This document shows, one piece after another, positions 16,793-24,482 of a DNA stretch of 40,374 nucleotides. The position numbers were made by a program, and so were the translations under genes. The stretch's first letter is position 1, and each line of letters begins with the position of its first letter. Below the pieces are notes generated by a model. The model ran no database searches. It had not been told where the DNA came from and worked only from the letters and a program-made list of their open reading frames with translations. Location: the NCBI GenBank assembly GCA_030618975.1, contig JAUXCH010000001.1, positions 1 through 40,374 of the forward strand, written 5' to 3'. Source of the stretch: Planctomycetia bacterium. GTDB lineage: Bacteria > Planctomycetota > PLA2 > JAEUHO01.

Positions 16793-19282
16793 TCAATCGT
16801 CGACTGCGGCCTTCGTAGCGGGAACGGGAATCTCCCGGGTGATGTCGATCTCGGTGAGCTGCGGCCACCGCGTTCCGAATCCAGTATCCCGCGTCGTGCG
16901 GACGAGCACCGTCACCGCCGGCGTGGCCACCTTGGGGTCGAGGCTGTAGATGAGGCCGCGCGTCTCGGAGTCCTTGACGACCAGGTAGTTGGCGCCGACG
17001 ATGCGGCCGTCGGCGAGCTGGGTCAGCACACCCTCCGGCTCTTCCCCGGTCAGGTCGATGCCGTCGAAGTGGTGCAGCACCTGATAGCGAGAGCCCGTGG
17101 CCGCCGCCGGGTCGTATACGAAGAGCGTTCCCTTGTCGTTGCTGCCGCCCAACCTGGTGAGCCCGTAGAGCTTGCCGTCGGTTCCGTGCAGGAGGGCGCT
17201 CGAGGGCCCTGCACCGCCGGCCCCTCCGGTGAACTCGTGAATCACCGAGTAGCCCGTCCCGATCGCCGCAGCGAGGTCGATCTGGTAGAGCACGCCGTGG
17301 TCCGCGGCGCCCCCCGCGATGGTGGCCCCATAGAGCATCGTGCCCACCTTCGTCACGCCCACGGATGCATGGAGGCCCAGAGCCGGTGCGGCGGATGCGG
17401 TGAAGGTGTGCAACATCGTATAGGGTAGGGTGGGCTCGGCGGGCTCGTAGGAAAAGACCGTCGCGTCCGTCACTCCGTAGAGCGTCCCGGCGTCGTTGAC
17501 GAGGGTGTAGAAGGGCGGTACGTGCTCAGAACCCAGCTTTTCGAGGGAGGTCATCTTGAGGGTGGTGGGGTCGATCCGCAAGAGAGTAGGAAAGGGGATA
17601 TCAAGCGTAAACGCGAAACCAATGGCGTAGAGCATGCCGTCGGCACCCTCCGTCGGAGGCATGTAACCAGCATAGATGTAAGTATCGTTGGGGGATTCCC
17701 CCTCGCGCGTGCGCACGTAGCGCGTCGCGCCCGACACAGGGTCGAGTTCCATGACCCCTCCGCCTAAGTTGAACGCGAAGGGCGTCGTAGTGCCTACTCC
17801 CCCGGCGCCCAAGAAGCTGTAGAGCTTGCCGTTGGAGTGCAAGACCATGCCACTACGCGGCATGGCACCGTCCGGATAACCCAAGGACTGCTCGTGCAGG
17901 AACCCGTTGAATCGGTCGTACTCGAAGAGCGAGCCTTGGTTGAGGCTACCGCCGTTGCCGCCCATTCCGAGCACCCCTAGCGCCGTCGGCGTGAGCACCC
18001 CGCCGGTCTCCGTGCCCACGGACAGGGGCAAGGCGAGCATGGTCGATATCCTGTCGACGCGCACATCGAACGAGACGATTTTCGCCCGCTCTTCGCCCAC
18101 GACCGCGGGAGGGCCGGCTGTGCTATCACGCAAGGCCATGAGAACGCCCCCGCCGACGTCGTAGAGGGGCCTCTGCGCCATGTCCGCGTCCGCGAAAGCG
18201 TCCATCTCGAGAGTCGAGCCAGCCACGGAGATGTTGCCCAGTTCGACGACCGAACCGTGCCGGGCGGCGCCGTAGGTTTGGCAGGCCGAGTAGCGCTTCT
18301 GGTTCGCGGAAGAAACGGCCAGCCCCTGGACATGCCCGCCTGGCGCCCACCCAGTCTCGCCGGTTACGAAGATCCCGTTACCCTCAAAGTAGTACTCATC
18401 GCTCGTACGGAGTTGCCAGTGGTTCCCGACGCGCCTACCAATACTAAAATTGAGGGCGCCGAGGATCTGCCCCCCAAGCTCGGCCATGGTCGCGCCCCAG
18501 AGGACGCTCTCACCTACCTCTATATTGCGACTCACGATGACCCGGACTTCATCGCCCACCTGCGTGGGGTCGTGGACCCACAGTGTCCCCCCACTGTTCA
18601 CGCCCCCATGGGTACACGTGCCGTAGATGCGCCCGTTGCTGGCCAGAATCATCTGGCTCTGAGGTAGCCAGCCCGTCGTGTCACGATCGAATACGTGTAC
18701 AGTCTCGAGGATATCCGTTGAAATCGTGTAGCGGAAAAGCGAGCCCGTCGGTAGTCGAGGCTGATCGGTCGCCACGCCGTACAACACGTCGTCCGAGACG
18801 AAGACCGGCGCAAAGTTGGGCGCGTATACGGTGTCGCCCCCACCCATGGAGTAGACCGTGGTCAGGGCGCGCGTGGCGGGGTCGAAGCGAACGATGCCGC
18901 CCCCCACCCACGTACCACCGTGGGGAATGAACCCATAGTACGTGCCGTCGCTTGGGTGAGCGGTGAACCCGGACGGTGGTGTAACCAGCTTCATCCCGTA
19001 TCCGGGACTTCCGGTGAAGGTGTGCAACGCCTGGGTGCCGCCGGCGAGCAGATCGTGCTCGAAGATCGCGCCCGCTTCCCCCGCGCCGCCGTGCTCGCCC
19101 GCACCGACGAGAGCGTGCACATGGACCGGCGGAAGCGGCGGAATCGGCGGAATAATCGGCGGATCCGTCGGGTCCGTCGGATCCTCGCCGCCGTTTCCTC
19201 CTGACGAGGCGCCGCACCCAACCGTGACCACGAGGGCCGTTACAAGCAATGCACGCCAGAGGCGCTGAAGGTGAAGTGACAT
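16793..19282 (-). CDS. lipoprotein with tandem GloVer (Gloeo_Verruco-type) repeats, predicted beta-propeller-like
   Basis: 829 aa. Lipobox LVVTVGC, then a Pro-rich linker. Many repeats of the type ..LH.F.G..G..P...L....DG.LYG.T..GG....G.LF.. (for example VIHEFTGGAGGAGPSSALLHGTDGKLYGLTRLGGSNDKGTLFVYDP). Sampled 60-nt lines are about 50-60% GC, below the neighbours. Confidence 0.85.
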   Translation of the reverse strand: MSLHLQRLWRALLVTALVVTVGCGASSGGNGGEDPTDPTDPPIIPPIPPLPPVHVHALVGAGEHGGAGEAGAIFEHDLLAGGTQALHTFTGSPGYGMKLVTPPSGFTAHPSDGTYYGFIPHGGTWVGGGIVRFDPATRALTTVYSMGGGDTVYAPNFAPVFVSDDVLYGVATDQPRLPTGSLFRYTISTDILETVHVFDRDTTGWLPQSQMILASNGRIYGTCTHGGVNSGGTLWVHDPTQVGDEVRVIVSRNIEVGESVLWGATMAELGGQILGALNFSIGRRVGNHWQLRTSDEYYFEGNGIFVTGETGWAPGGHVQGLAVSSANQKRYSACQTYGAARHGSVVELGNISVAGSTLEMDAFADADMAQRPLYDVGGGVLMALRDSTAGPPAVVGEERAKIVSFDVRVDRISTMLALPLSVGTETGGVLTPTALGVLGMGGNGGSLNQGSLFEYDRFNGFLHEQSLGYPDGAMPRSGMVLHSNGKLYSFLGAGGVGTTTPFAFNLGGGVMELDPVSGATRYVRTREGESPNDTYIYAGYMPPTEGADGMLYAIGFAFTLDIPFPTLLRIDPTTLKMTSLEKLGSEHVPPFYTLVNDAGTLYGVTDATVFSYEPAEPTLPYTMLHTFTASAAPALGLHASVGVTKVGTMLYGATIAGGAADHGVLYQIDLAAAIGTGYSVIHEFTGGAGGAGPSSALLHGTDGKLYGLTRLGGSNDKGTLFVYDPAAATGSRYQVLHHFDGIDLTGEEPEGVLTQLADGRIVGANYLVVKDSETRGLIYSLDPKVATPAVTVLVRTTRDTGFGTRWPQLTEIDITREIPVPATKAAVDD

Positions 19283-19374
19283 GATCTGCTCCGGATCCTC
19301 GTTTTCGGTCCCGGGATGCTAACCCCGGGTTCATCGGTCCATCAGGGAGAACCCCGTCGACAGACCAGTCAGGT

Positions 19375-19384
19375 CCCCCCCCCC
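19375..19384. repeat. homopolymer C10 (G10 on the lipoprotein coding strand)
   Basis: Read directly. Lies 93-102 nt upstream of the lipoprotein ATG (19282). Confidence 0.95.
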
Positions 19385-19400
19385 AGGAGAGGGCGGCGGG

Positions 19401-19436
19401 GGCAGGGCGGCAGGGCGGCAGGGCGGCAGGGCGGCA
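19401..19436. repeat. tandem octamer (GGCAGGGC) x4.5, G-tract rich
   Basis: Reads ggcagggc x4 plus ggca, preceded by gggcggcggg (19391-19400). Gives at least 6 runs of G3 or longer on the + strand with loops of at most 5 nt. Confidence 0.95.
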
Positions 19437-19645
19437 TGAGGAAGGCCCATCAAAGGGGCCTCAATGCATGGGGTTCAACCTACATTCCGCAGGTCGCGTG
19501 ACTCGAACCGCGGAATATCCGAACGCGCTAACCCCGTGCACGGCAGTTGGTTCCGTCACTTGCAGGTAAGTTGCCTTGCCCTCCTCAGCACTACGAGGAT
19601 CTTCGATTCCTCCTGTTCGATGGTCTGTAGCTCGCGCTGGCCCTC

Positions 19646-22279
19646 GTGTTCCCGGAGGGCCACAGCCACCTGGACGCGGAGCTGAAGGCCATTCGGCGCG
19701 GCGCGGCCAGCATCACCCTCGGCGGCGAGGTCGGCGCCGGGTTCGAGCTCGGTCTCCGGGTCGTGCCGCTCGGGCTCCACTACGAACCCAAGCAGCAGTT
19801 CGACGGCGAGGTCCACGTCCGGGTCGGAGAGAGCTTCGGCATCCGGGACCTGGCGGACGTACCCCGCGAGGAGGCGCTGCGCACGATCCAGGATCGGATC
19901 GCCGCGTCGCTGCGCCCCCTGGTCCTGCACCTGGACCGGGTCGACCTCGAGCCCCTGGTGCGGGGCGTCGCCGAGGTCTACGACGAGCACCAGAGGGCAT
20001 CGGCGGGGCGGCTCGAGCCGCGATCGAAGGTGGACGTCGTCCGCATGTCGGCCGCGTGCCTCAACCACTTCCTCGCCGCCGATCCGTCGGCCGTGGACCG
20101 CACGCGACGCTACCTCCGCCAGGTCCAGCGGCTCGAACGCCGCGCCGGCATCCACGGCGAGGCGGTCGAGGTGCGCTCCCGGCCGATCCGAAGCCTCCTC
20201 GCGTTCGGCGGCACGCTGCTGCTCGTCGTGCTCGGCTTCCCCGCGTACCTCCTGGGAATCCTGACCGGCTACCTGCCCTACCGCCTGACCGACACGGTGG
20301 CCCGCGCCGTGGCGAAGCGCCGGAAGAAGACGACGCTGCCCCGACTGCGCATCGTCACGGGTGCCGTCGTGTTCCCCGTGACGTGGGGCGTCATGACGCT
20401 CTGCGTCTGGCTCTGGTCCCGGTCTCCCGGTTTCACGCTCTTCAGCCTGGTCGCGATCGTCGCCTCGGGACTGTTCGCGAGGATCTACGCGGAGCGCGTG
20501 CGGTTCCGGTGGGTACGGCTCGCGGGTCTTCTACCGATTCGCAAGCCGGGCATGCGCCGGGTGGCGCACGCCCGCCGACGCCTGCTCGAGCTGGTGGACG
20601 AGCTCGTCCAGCGGTACCGGACCGAGACGGGGATCCGACTGCTCCCCCCGCGGCGCACTTCCTGGACCTCCCGCGTGCCGTGGCGAAGGACCGCTGCGAT
20701 CATCCTGACCGGCCTGATCGTGTGGTTCGCGTTCGGGTTTCGCGACGCAAGACTCCGCGAGCTCCCGGATCGGCCGTCGCCCTGGGCCACCCTCGACACC
20801 GCGCGCGCCACGACGACGCTCGAACGCGACGCGCAGGAGCTGGTCTCGCTGCTCGACACGCTGGATCGACTCGAGACCGGGATGTACGAGCTGAAGAAGG
20901 GGTTCGACGCGGGGGAGCGCGACTTCACGGACGTGGCGGACGACCGCGCCATCCGCCGAGCGCTGCTCACCTACCTGTCGTGCCGCAGCGCGCTGTTCCG
21001 CCTCGCCTGGTTCTACCGGGCGCCCGACCGCCCAGACGAGTCCGAGCTCAGCGTGAGGGCCTTCGTGCTGGGGTACACGGCCGGCCTCGAGCTGTGTCGG
21101 CGCGGCCTGCAGCTGGTCTCGGTCTTCGACGGATGCCCCAACGCCATCCGCAAGCTCAACGAAGGCGATGCGGCGTGGTCCCTGCCCGCGAAGACGTACG
21201 ACCGGGTGCGGCAAAACCTCGCCAGCACCGACGTCTACGACGAGCTGGCCGTGGCCACGGCGCGCTACGAGCGCCTGGGGACCGAGCAGCCCCGGCCGAC
21301 GAGGGAACCCTGGGTCCGCATCTGGAACGAGGCGGACGAAGGCCGGGCCGTCGTGAAGAAGCTGTCTGACGAGCGGTGGACGCTCAAGTGGGACGCCGCC
21401 GTCGCGCGCGCGGAGGGCACCGCCGAGGAGGCCCGCTACGCGGCCAATAAACTCGTCGCGGGCCTCATCGGCGGGGTACGGATCCGCGAGGGGGAGCTGT
21501 CGGAAGGCCTCATCAGCGACGCGCAGGTCGAGTGGCTGCGCGAGGAGCACCTCGAGCCCGGCGACATCCTGCTCGAGCGCCGCAACTGGGCCCTGTCCAA
21601 CGTCTTCCTCCCGGGGTTCTGGACGCATGCCGCGGTCTACGTGGGAGGGCTCGACGGCGTACGCGCGTTGGGCATCCAGGACGACGAGCGCGTACAACCC
21701 GTCCTCGAGGCGCTCGCTCGACCGGACGAGCACGGCGCCACCCCCCGGATCGTCGAGGCGCTCGCTCCGGGCGTCATCCTGAGTTCCCTGGAGGAGTCCG
21801 TGGGCAGCGCGGATGCCGTGTGCGTGCTGCGGCCGAAGCTCGAGCCGGACGTGCTCGCCGACGCCGTGGCGCACGCCCTGAAGCACCACGGGAAACCGTA
21901 CGACTTCGACTTCGACTTCTTCTCGTCCGACCGCCTCGTCTGCACCGAGCTCGTGTACCGGGCCTTCCAGGGGCCGATCGATTTCGAGCTCCAGCACATC
22001 CTGGGGCGCCGGACGCTGCCGGCCCTCGGGATCCTGAGGAAGTGGGCCGCGGAACGGACCCACCCCGAGGCGCAGCTCGAGCTCGTCTGCTTCCTGGACT
22101 CGGACGAGGCCGCCGGCGTGGCGCGTCCGGGCACGGAGACGGAGTTGCTGGGCACCCTCGACCGACCCGCCCTCACCGTGCTCCAGGCGCACGGAGGTAG
22201 CTCCCGGATGCCACTCGCCGCCCTCGTCACCCTCGCCGTCCTCTTCCTCGCCGCGCTCCTCTTCCTCCGCCGGCGCTGA
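19646..22279 (+). CDS. N-terminally truncated PlsC-family acyltransferase fused to a TM region and a C-terminal YiiX/YaeF permuted papain-like (C92) domain
   Basis: The ORF opens (GTG 19646) exactly at acyltransferase block III (FPEGHSH), with an in-frame TAG at 19628. Followed by LGLHYEP, then TM helices (LLAFGGTLLLVVLGFPAYLLGILTG; VVFPVTWGVMTLCVWLW). C-terminus: PGDILLERRNWALSNVF..WTHAAVYVG..IVEALAPGV..VCVLRP..GKPYDFDFDFFSSDRLVCTELVYRAF. The 877-codon frame is intact. Confidence 0.7.
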   Translation: MFPEGHSHLDAELKAIRRGAASITLGGEVGAGFELGLRVVPLGLHYEPKQQFDGEVHVRVGESFGIRDLADVPREEALRTIQDRIAASLRPLVLHLDRVDLEPLVRGVAEVYDEHQRASAGRLEPRSKVDVVRMSAACLNHFLAADPSAVDRTRRYLRQVQRLERRAGIHGEAVEVRSRPIRSLLAFGGTLLLVVLGFPAYLLGILTGYLPYRLTDTVARAVAKRRKKTTLPRLRIVTGAVVFPVTWGVMTLCVWLWSRSPGFTLFSLVAIVASGLFARIYAERVRFRWVRLAGLLPIRKPGMRRVAHARRRLLELVDELVQRYRTETGIRLLPPRRTSWTSRVPWRRTAAIILTGLIVWFAFGFRDARLRELPDRPSPWATLDTARATTTLERDAQELVSLLDTLDRLETGMYELKKGFDAGERDFTDVADDRAIRRALLTYLSCRSALFRLAWFYRAPDRPDESELSVRAFVLGYTAGLELCRRGLQLVSVFDGCPNAIRKLNEGDAAWSLPAKTYDRVRQNLASTDVYDELAVATARYERLGTEQPRPTREPWVRIWNEADEGRAVVKKLSDERWTLKWDAAVARAEGTAEEARYAANKLVAGLIGGVRIREGELSEGLISDAQVEWLREEHLEPGDILLERRNWALSNVFLPGFWTHAAVYVGGLDGVRALGIQDDERVQPVLEALARPDEHGATPRIVEALAPGVILSSLEESVGSADAVCVLRPKLEPDVLADAVAHALKHHGKPYDFDFDFFSSDRLVCTELVYRAFQGPIDFELQHILGRRTLPALGILRKWAAERTHPEAQLELVCFLDSDEAAGVARPGTETELLGTLDRPALTVLQAHGGSSRMPLAALVTLAVLFLAALLFLRRR

Positions 22280-22314
22280 GGTGCCGTTCGGGATTCGGGT
22301 TCGTGGCCGAGAGG

Positions 22315-24312
22315 TCAGCGCGTGACGACGGCCAGGGGCACGGTGGCGCGCTTGAGGAACAGGATCGCGAACGCGGTCTCCACCACTTCCGCGTAGTTGC
22401 CCCGCCAGAGCCCGTCCCGACCCTGATCGTCCACGAGCCGCCGGGCGCCCGGGACATACCAGGGCTTGCCCCCGATGACCTTGCGCTGCCCGAGCACGCC
22501 GGATCGCTCGATGGCGTAGAGCGCGTAGAGCGTGTCCTTGTCGAGCTTCATGACGGCGCCGAGCGCCTGGAACGCCTCCTCGACGACCTCGCGGATCGCG
22601 CTCGCGTCCTCCTCGCCGAACTTGCCGTTCTCGAGGCAGATCAGGAGGCACGAGACACCGGCGGCCGTCATGCTGGAAGAGCCGCGGGCGGCGGGCTGGA
22701 CGGCGTAGGAGAAGCCGCCGTCCGCACACCTGTGCTCCAGGAAGTACTCCCCGATCTTCTTCCACGTCGAACGGCGGATCCGGACACCGGCCCGCGCGGC
22801 GGCGCGGAGACCCAGCACGGCGTACTGGGTGTTGGAGTTGTCGCCGTTGCCCGTGGGGTAGCCCCACAGTCCGGCGTCGAGCTGGGTCTCGAGCAGGCGG
22901 CGCGCGCAGGCCGTGATGTGACGGCGGTAGCGCTTCGCGCCCAGCGCCTCCAGCGCCATGGCGACGAGGCCCGCGTCGTACGTCGTCTCGGGGACGGGCG
23001 CCTTCTGCAGGTAGTCGAGGGCGGCCTGCATGCGCTTGTCGCGGCGGTCGAAGCCCGCTGCGTGCAGCGCGAGGACGACCAGCGCCGTCGTGCCGACCGG
23101 GTGCGACGCGTACTTCCAGGGCGGCGTCTTGCCCTGGAGCGCGAACAGGGCGGCCGCGCCGCGCTCGATCGCCAGGTCCACGAGCGCCTGATCGACGCCG
23201 TTCGCGTCGGGCGCTTTCACGGTGGCGAGGTCGAAGGCCTCTCCGTAGTTCGCCCACCAGCGCTCCCACAGGTCGATCCGCTCTCCGTACTGCTGGCCCG
23301 TGATCCGCTCCAGGGAGACCCGCGCCTCGGCGGCCAGGACACGGCGCTGCTCGCCGAGGAGGGCGATCAGCAGCGGGATCGACGCCTTCGCAGGCGCCCG
23401 CCGCGCCGCCCTCACGCCGGCCACCGCGACGTCCTCCCGCTCGTCGCGAAGCGCGCGCGAGATCGCTTCGCGTCCGCCCTCCGTGGCGGCGCCCACGGCG
23501 CCGATCGCCTCGACGAGGATCGCCGTGAGCTCGGTGTCCGCTCGTTCGAGCAGGGCGACCATGGCGGGCTCGGCCTCCGCGACCACGGCTCGCGAGGCGA
23601 TCGTGACGGCACGCACCACCTGGTCGCGACCGGCTGCCGCGATCACCTCGCCGAGAACGGCCCGGATCGGCGCGTCGCCCGCGGCGAACACCGGCAGGAT
23701 CTGGTCGCGGTCGTAGCGCCGCGCGTCGTCGTACAACCGCACGAGGATCCGGGCGGCCTGCGGCGTCTTCGCCGCGACGAGCACCGAGACGAGCGATGTC
23801 GCCCCCGTGGGAAACTGCTCGAGAAAGCGCTCGGCCTCGGGCAGGAACCGTGGGTCGCCTCGTCGGCCCAGATAGCGGACGACGTTGGCGCGCGCCCCCT
23901 GGTCTCCGCCCGCGAGCACCCGCTCGACGATCGCCTCGGGCAGCGCCTCATGACGACCGTTCGTCAGCGCGTGGAAGACCGTGGAGCGCAGACCCGAGTC
24001 GCCGTCCCGGTAGATGGCGAGCAGCCTTTCGAACACGAGAGGGAGGGGGATGCGCGCCACCTGGTGGATCGTGTTGAGCTGGATCGAGCGGTCCTCGTCC
24101 TCCTCGACCACCTGCAGGAGGAACCGCGCCGCCCGCTCCGTGTTCAGCGCCGCCAGCGCCTTCACGGTCTCGATCCGGGCGGCGTACGCTTCCTTCTTCT
24201 CGCGGGCGAAGCGCTTCTCGAGCACGTCGAAGGTGTCGGCTCCGGCGGCGTCCCCCGCCGACAGGAGCAGGAGCAGGAGGGTCGCAAGGACAGGGACGAA
24301 TCGGCGGATCAT
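22315..24312 (-). CDS. secreted HEAT-repeat / prenyltransferase-squalene-oxidase-repeat protein
   Basis: 665 aa. Signal MIRRFVPVLATLLLLLLSAGDAAGA. N-terminal Armadillo/HEAT-like helices. C-terminal alpha/alpha-toroid-type repeats (GTTALVVLALHAAG, TYDAGLVAMALEALG, NSNTQYAVLGLRAAARAG, DGGFSY, SSSMTAAGVSCLLIC, DGLWRG..ETAFAILFL). Confidence 0.8.
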   Translation of the reverse strand: MIRRFVPVLATLLLLLLSAGDAAGADTFDVLEKRFAREKKEAYAARIETVKALAALNTERAARFLLQVVEEDEDRSIQLNTIHQVARIPLPLVFERLLAIYRDGDSGLRSTVFHALTNGRHEALPEAIVERVLAGGDQGARANVVRYLGRRGDPRFLPEAERFLEQFPTGATSLVSVLVAAKTPQAARILVRLYDDARRYDRDQILPVFAAGDAPIRAVLGEVIAAAGRDQVVRAVTIASRAVVAEAEPAMVALLERADTELTAILVEAIGAVGAATEGGREAISRALRDEREDVAVAGVRAARRAPAKASIPLLIALLGEQRRVLAAEARVSLERITGQQYGERIDLWERWWANYGEAFDLATVKAPDANGVDQALVDLAIERGAAALFALQGKTPPWKYASHPVGTTALVVLALHAAGFDRRDKRMQAALDYLQKAPVPETTYDAGLVAMALEALGAKRYRRHITACARRLLETQLDAGLWGYPTGNGDNSNTQYAVLGLRAAARAGVRIRRSTWKKIGEYFLEHRCADGGFSYAVQPAARGSSSMTAAGVSCLLICLENGKFGEEDASAIREVVEEAFQALGAVMKLDKDTLYALYAIERSGVLGQRKVIGGKPWYVPGARRLVDDQGRDGLWRGNYAEVVETAFAILFLKRATVPLAVVTR

Positions 24313-24482
24313 GGGAGCAGAGGATACGCCCGCCGCCTCGCGGAAGCCCGAACGTGCGAATGTGAAGGGAGCCGCGCCGGAGATCGCCGGCTCCCGGTGG
24401 AGTCTCCCCGGGAGACCTCAGGTCGTCGTGCGAACCACGTGCGCGCGGGTCGAACCCGAACTGCCGTTCCGGACCGATTCAG

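Noticed and set aside
16793-16795. Selenocysteine recoding of the TGA ending the lipoprotein ORF.
   Set aside because: I found no SECIS-like hairpin immediately 3' of the TGA, and there are no selenoprotein-machinery genes in the window. A nonsense mutation or a relic is more parsimonious, though readthrough cannot be excluded from sequence alone.
19391-19436. CRISPR-like array.
   Set aside because: The unit is only 8 nt with no spacers, so it is a microsatellite. No cas genes are in the window.
19484-19533. Intact tRNA gene on the minus strand (T-loop GGTTCGAGTC, D-loop-like GGTTAGCGCG).
   Set aside because: There is no complementary 5' acceptor arm. The T-stem has an extra base. The D-to-T spacing is ~11 nt too short for a cloverleaf. 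Kept only as a possible relic.
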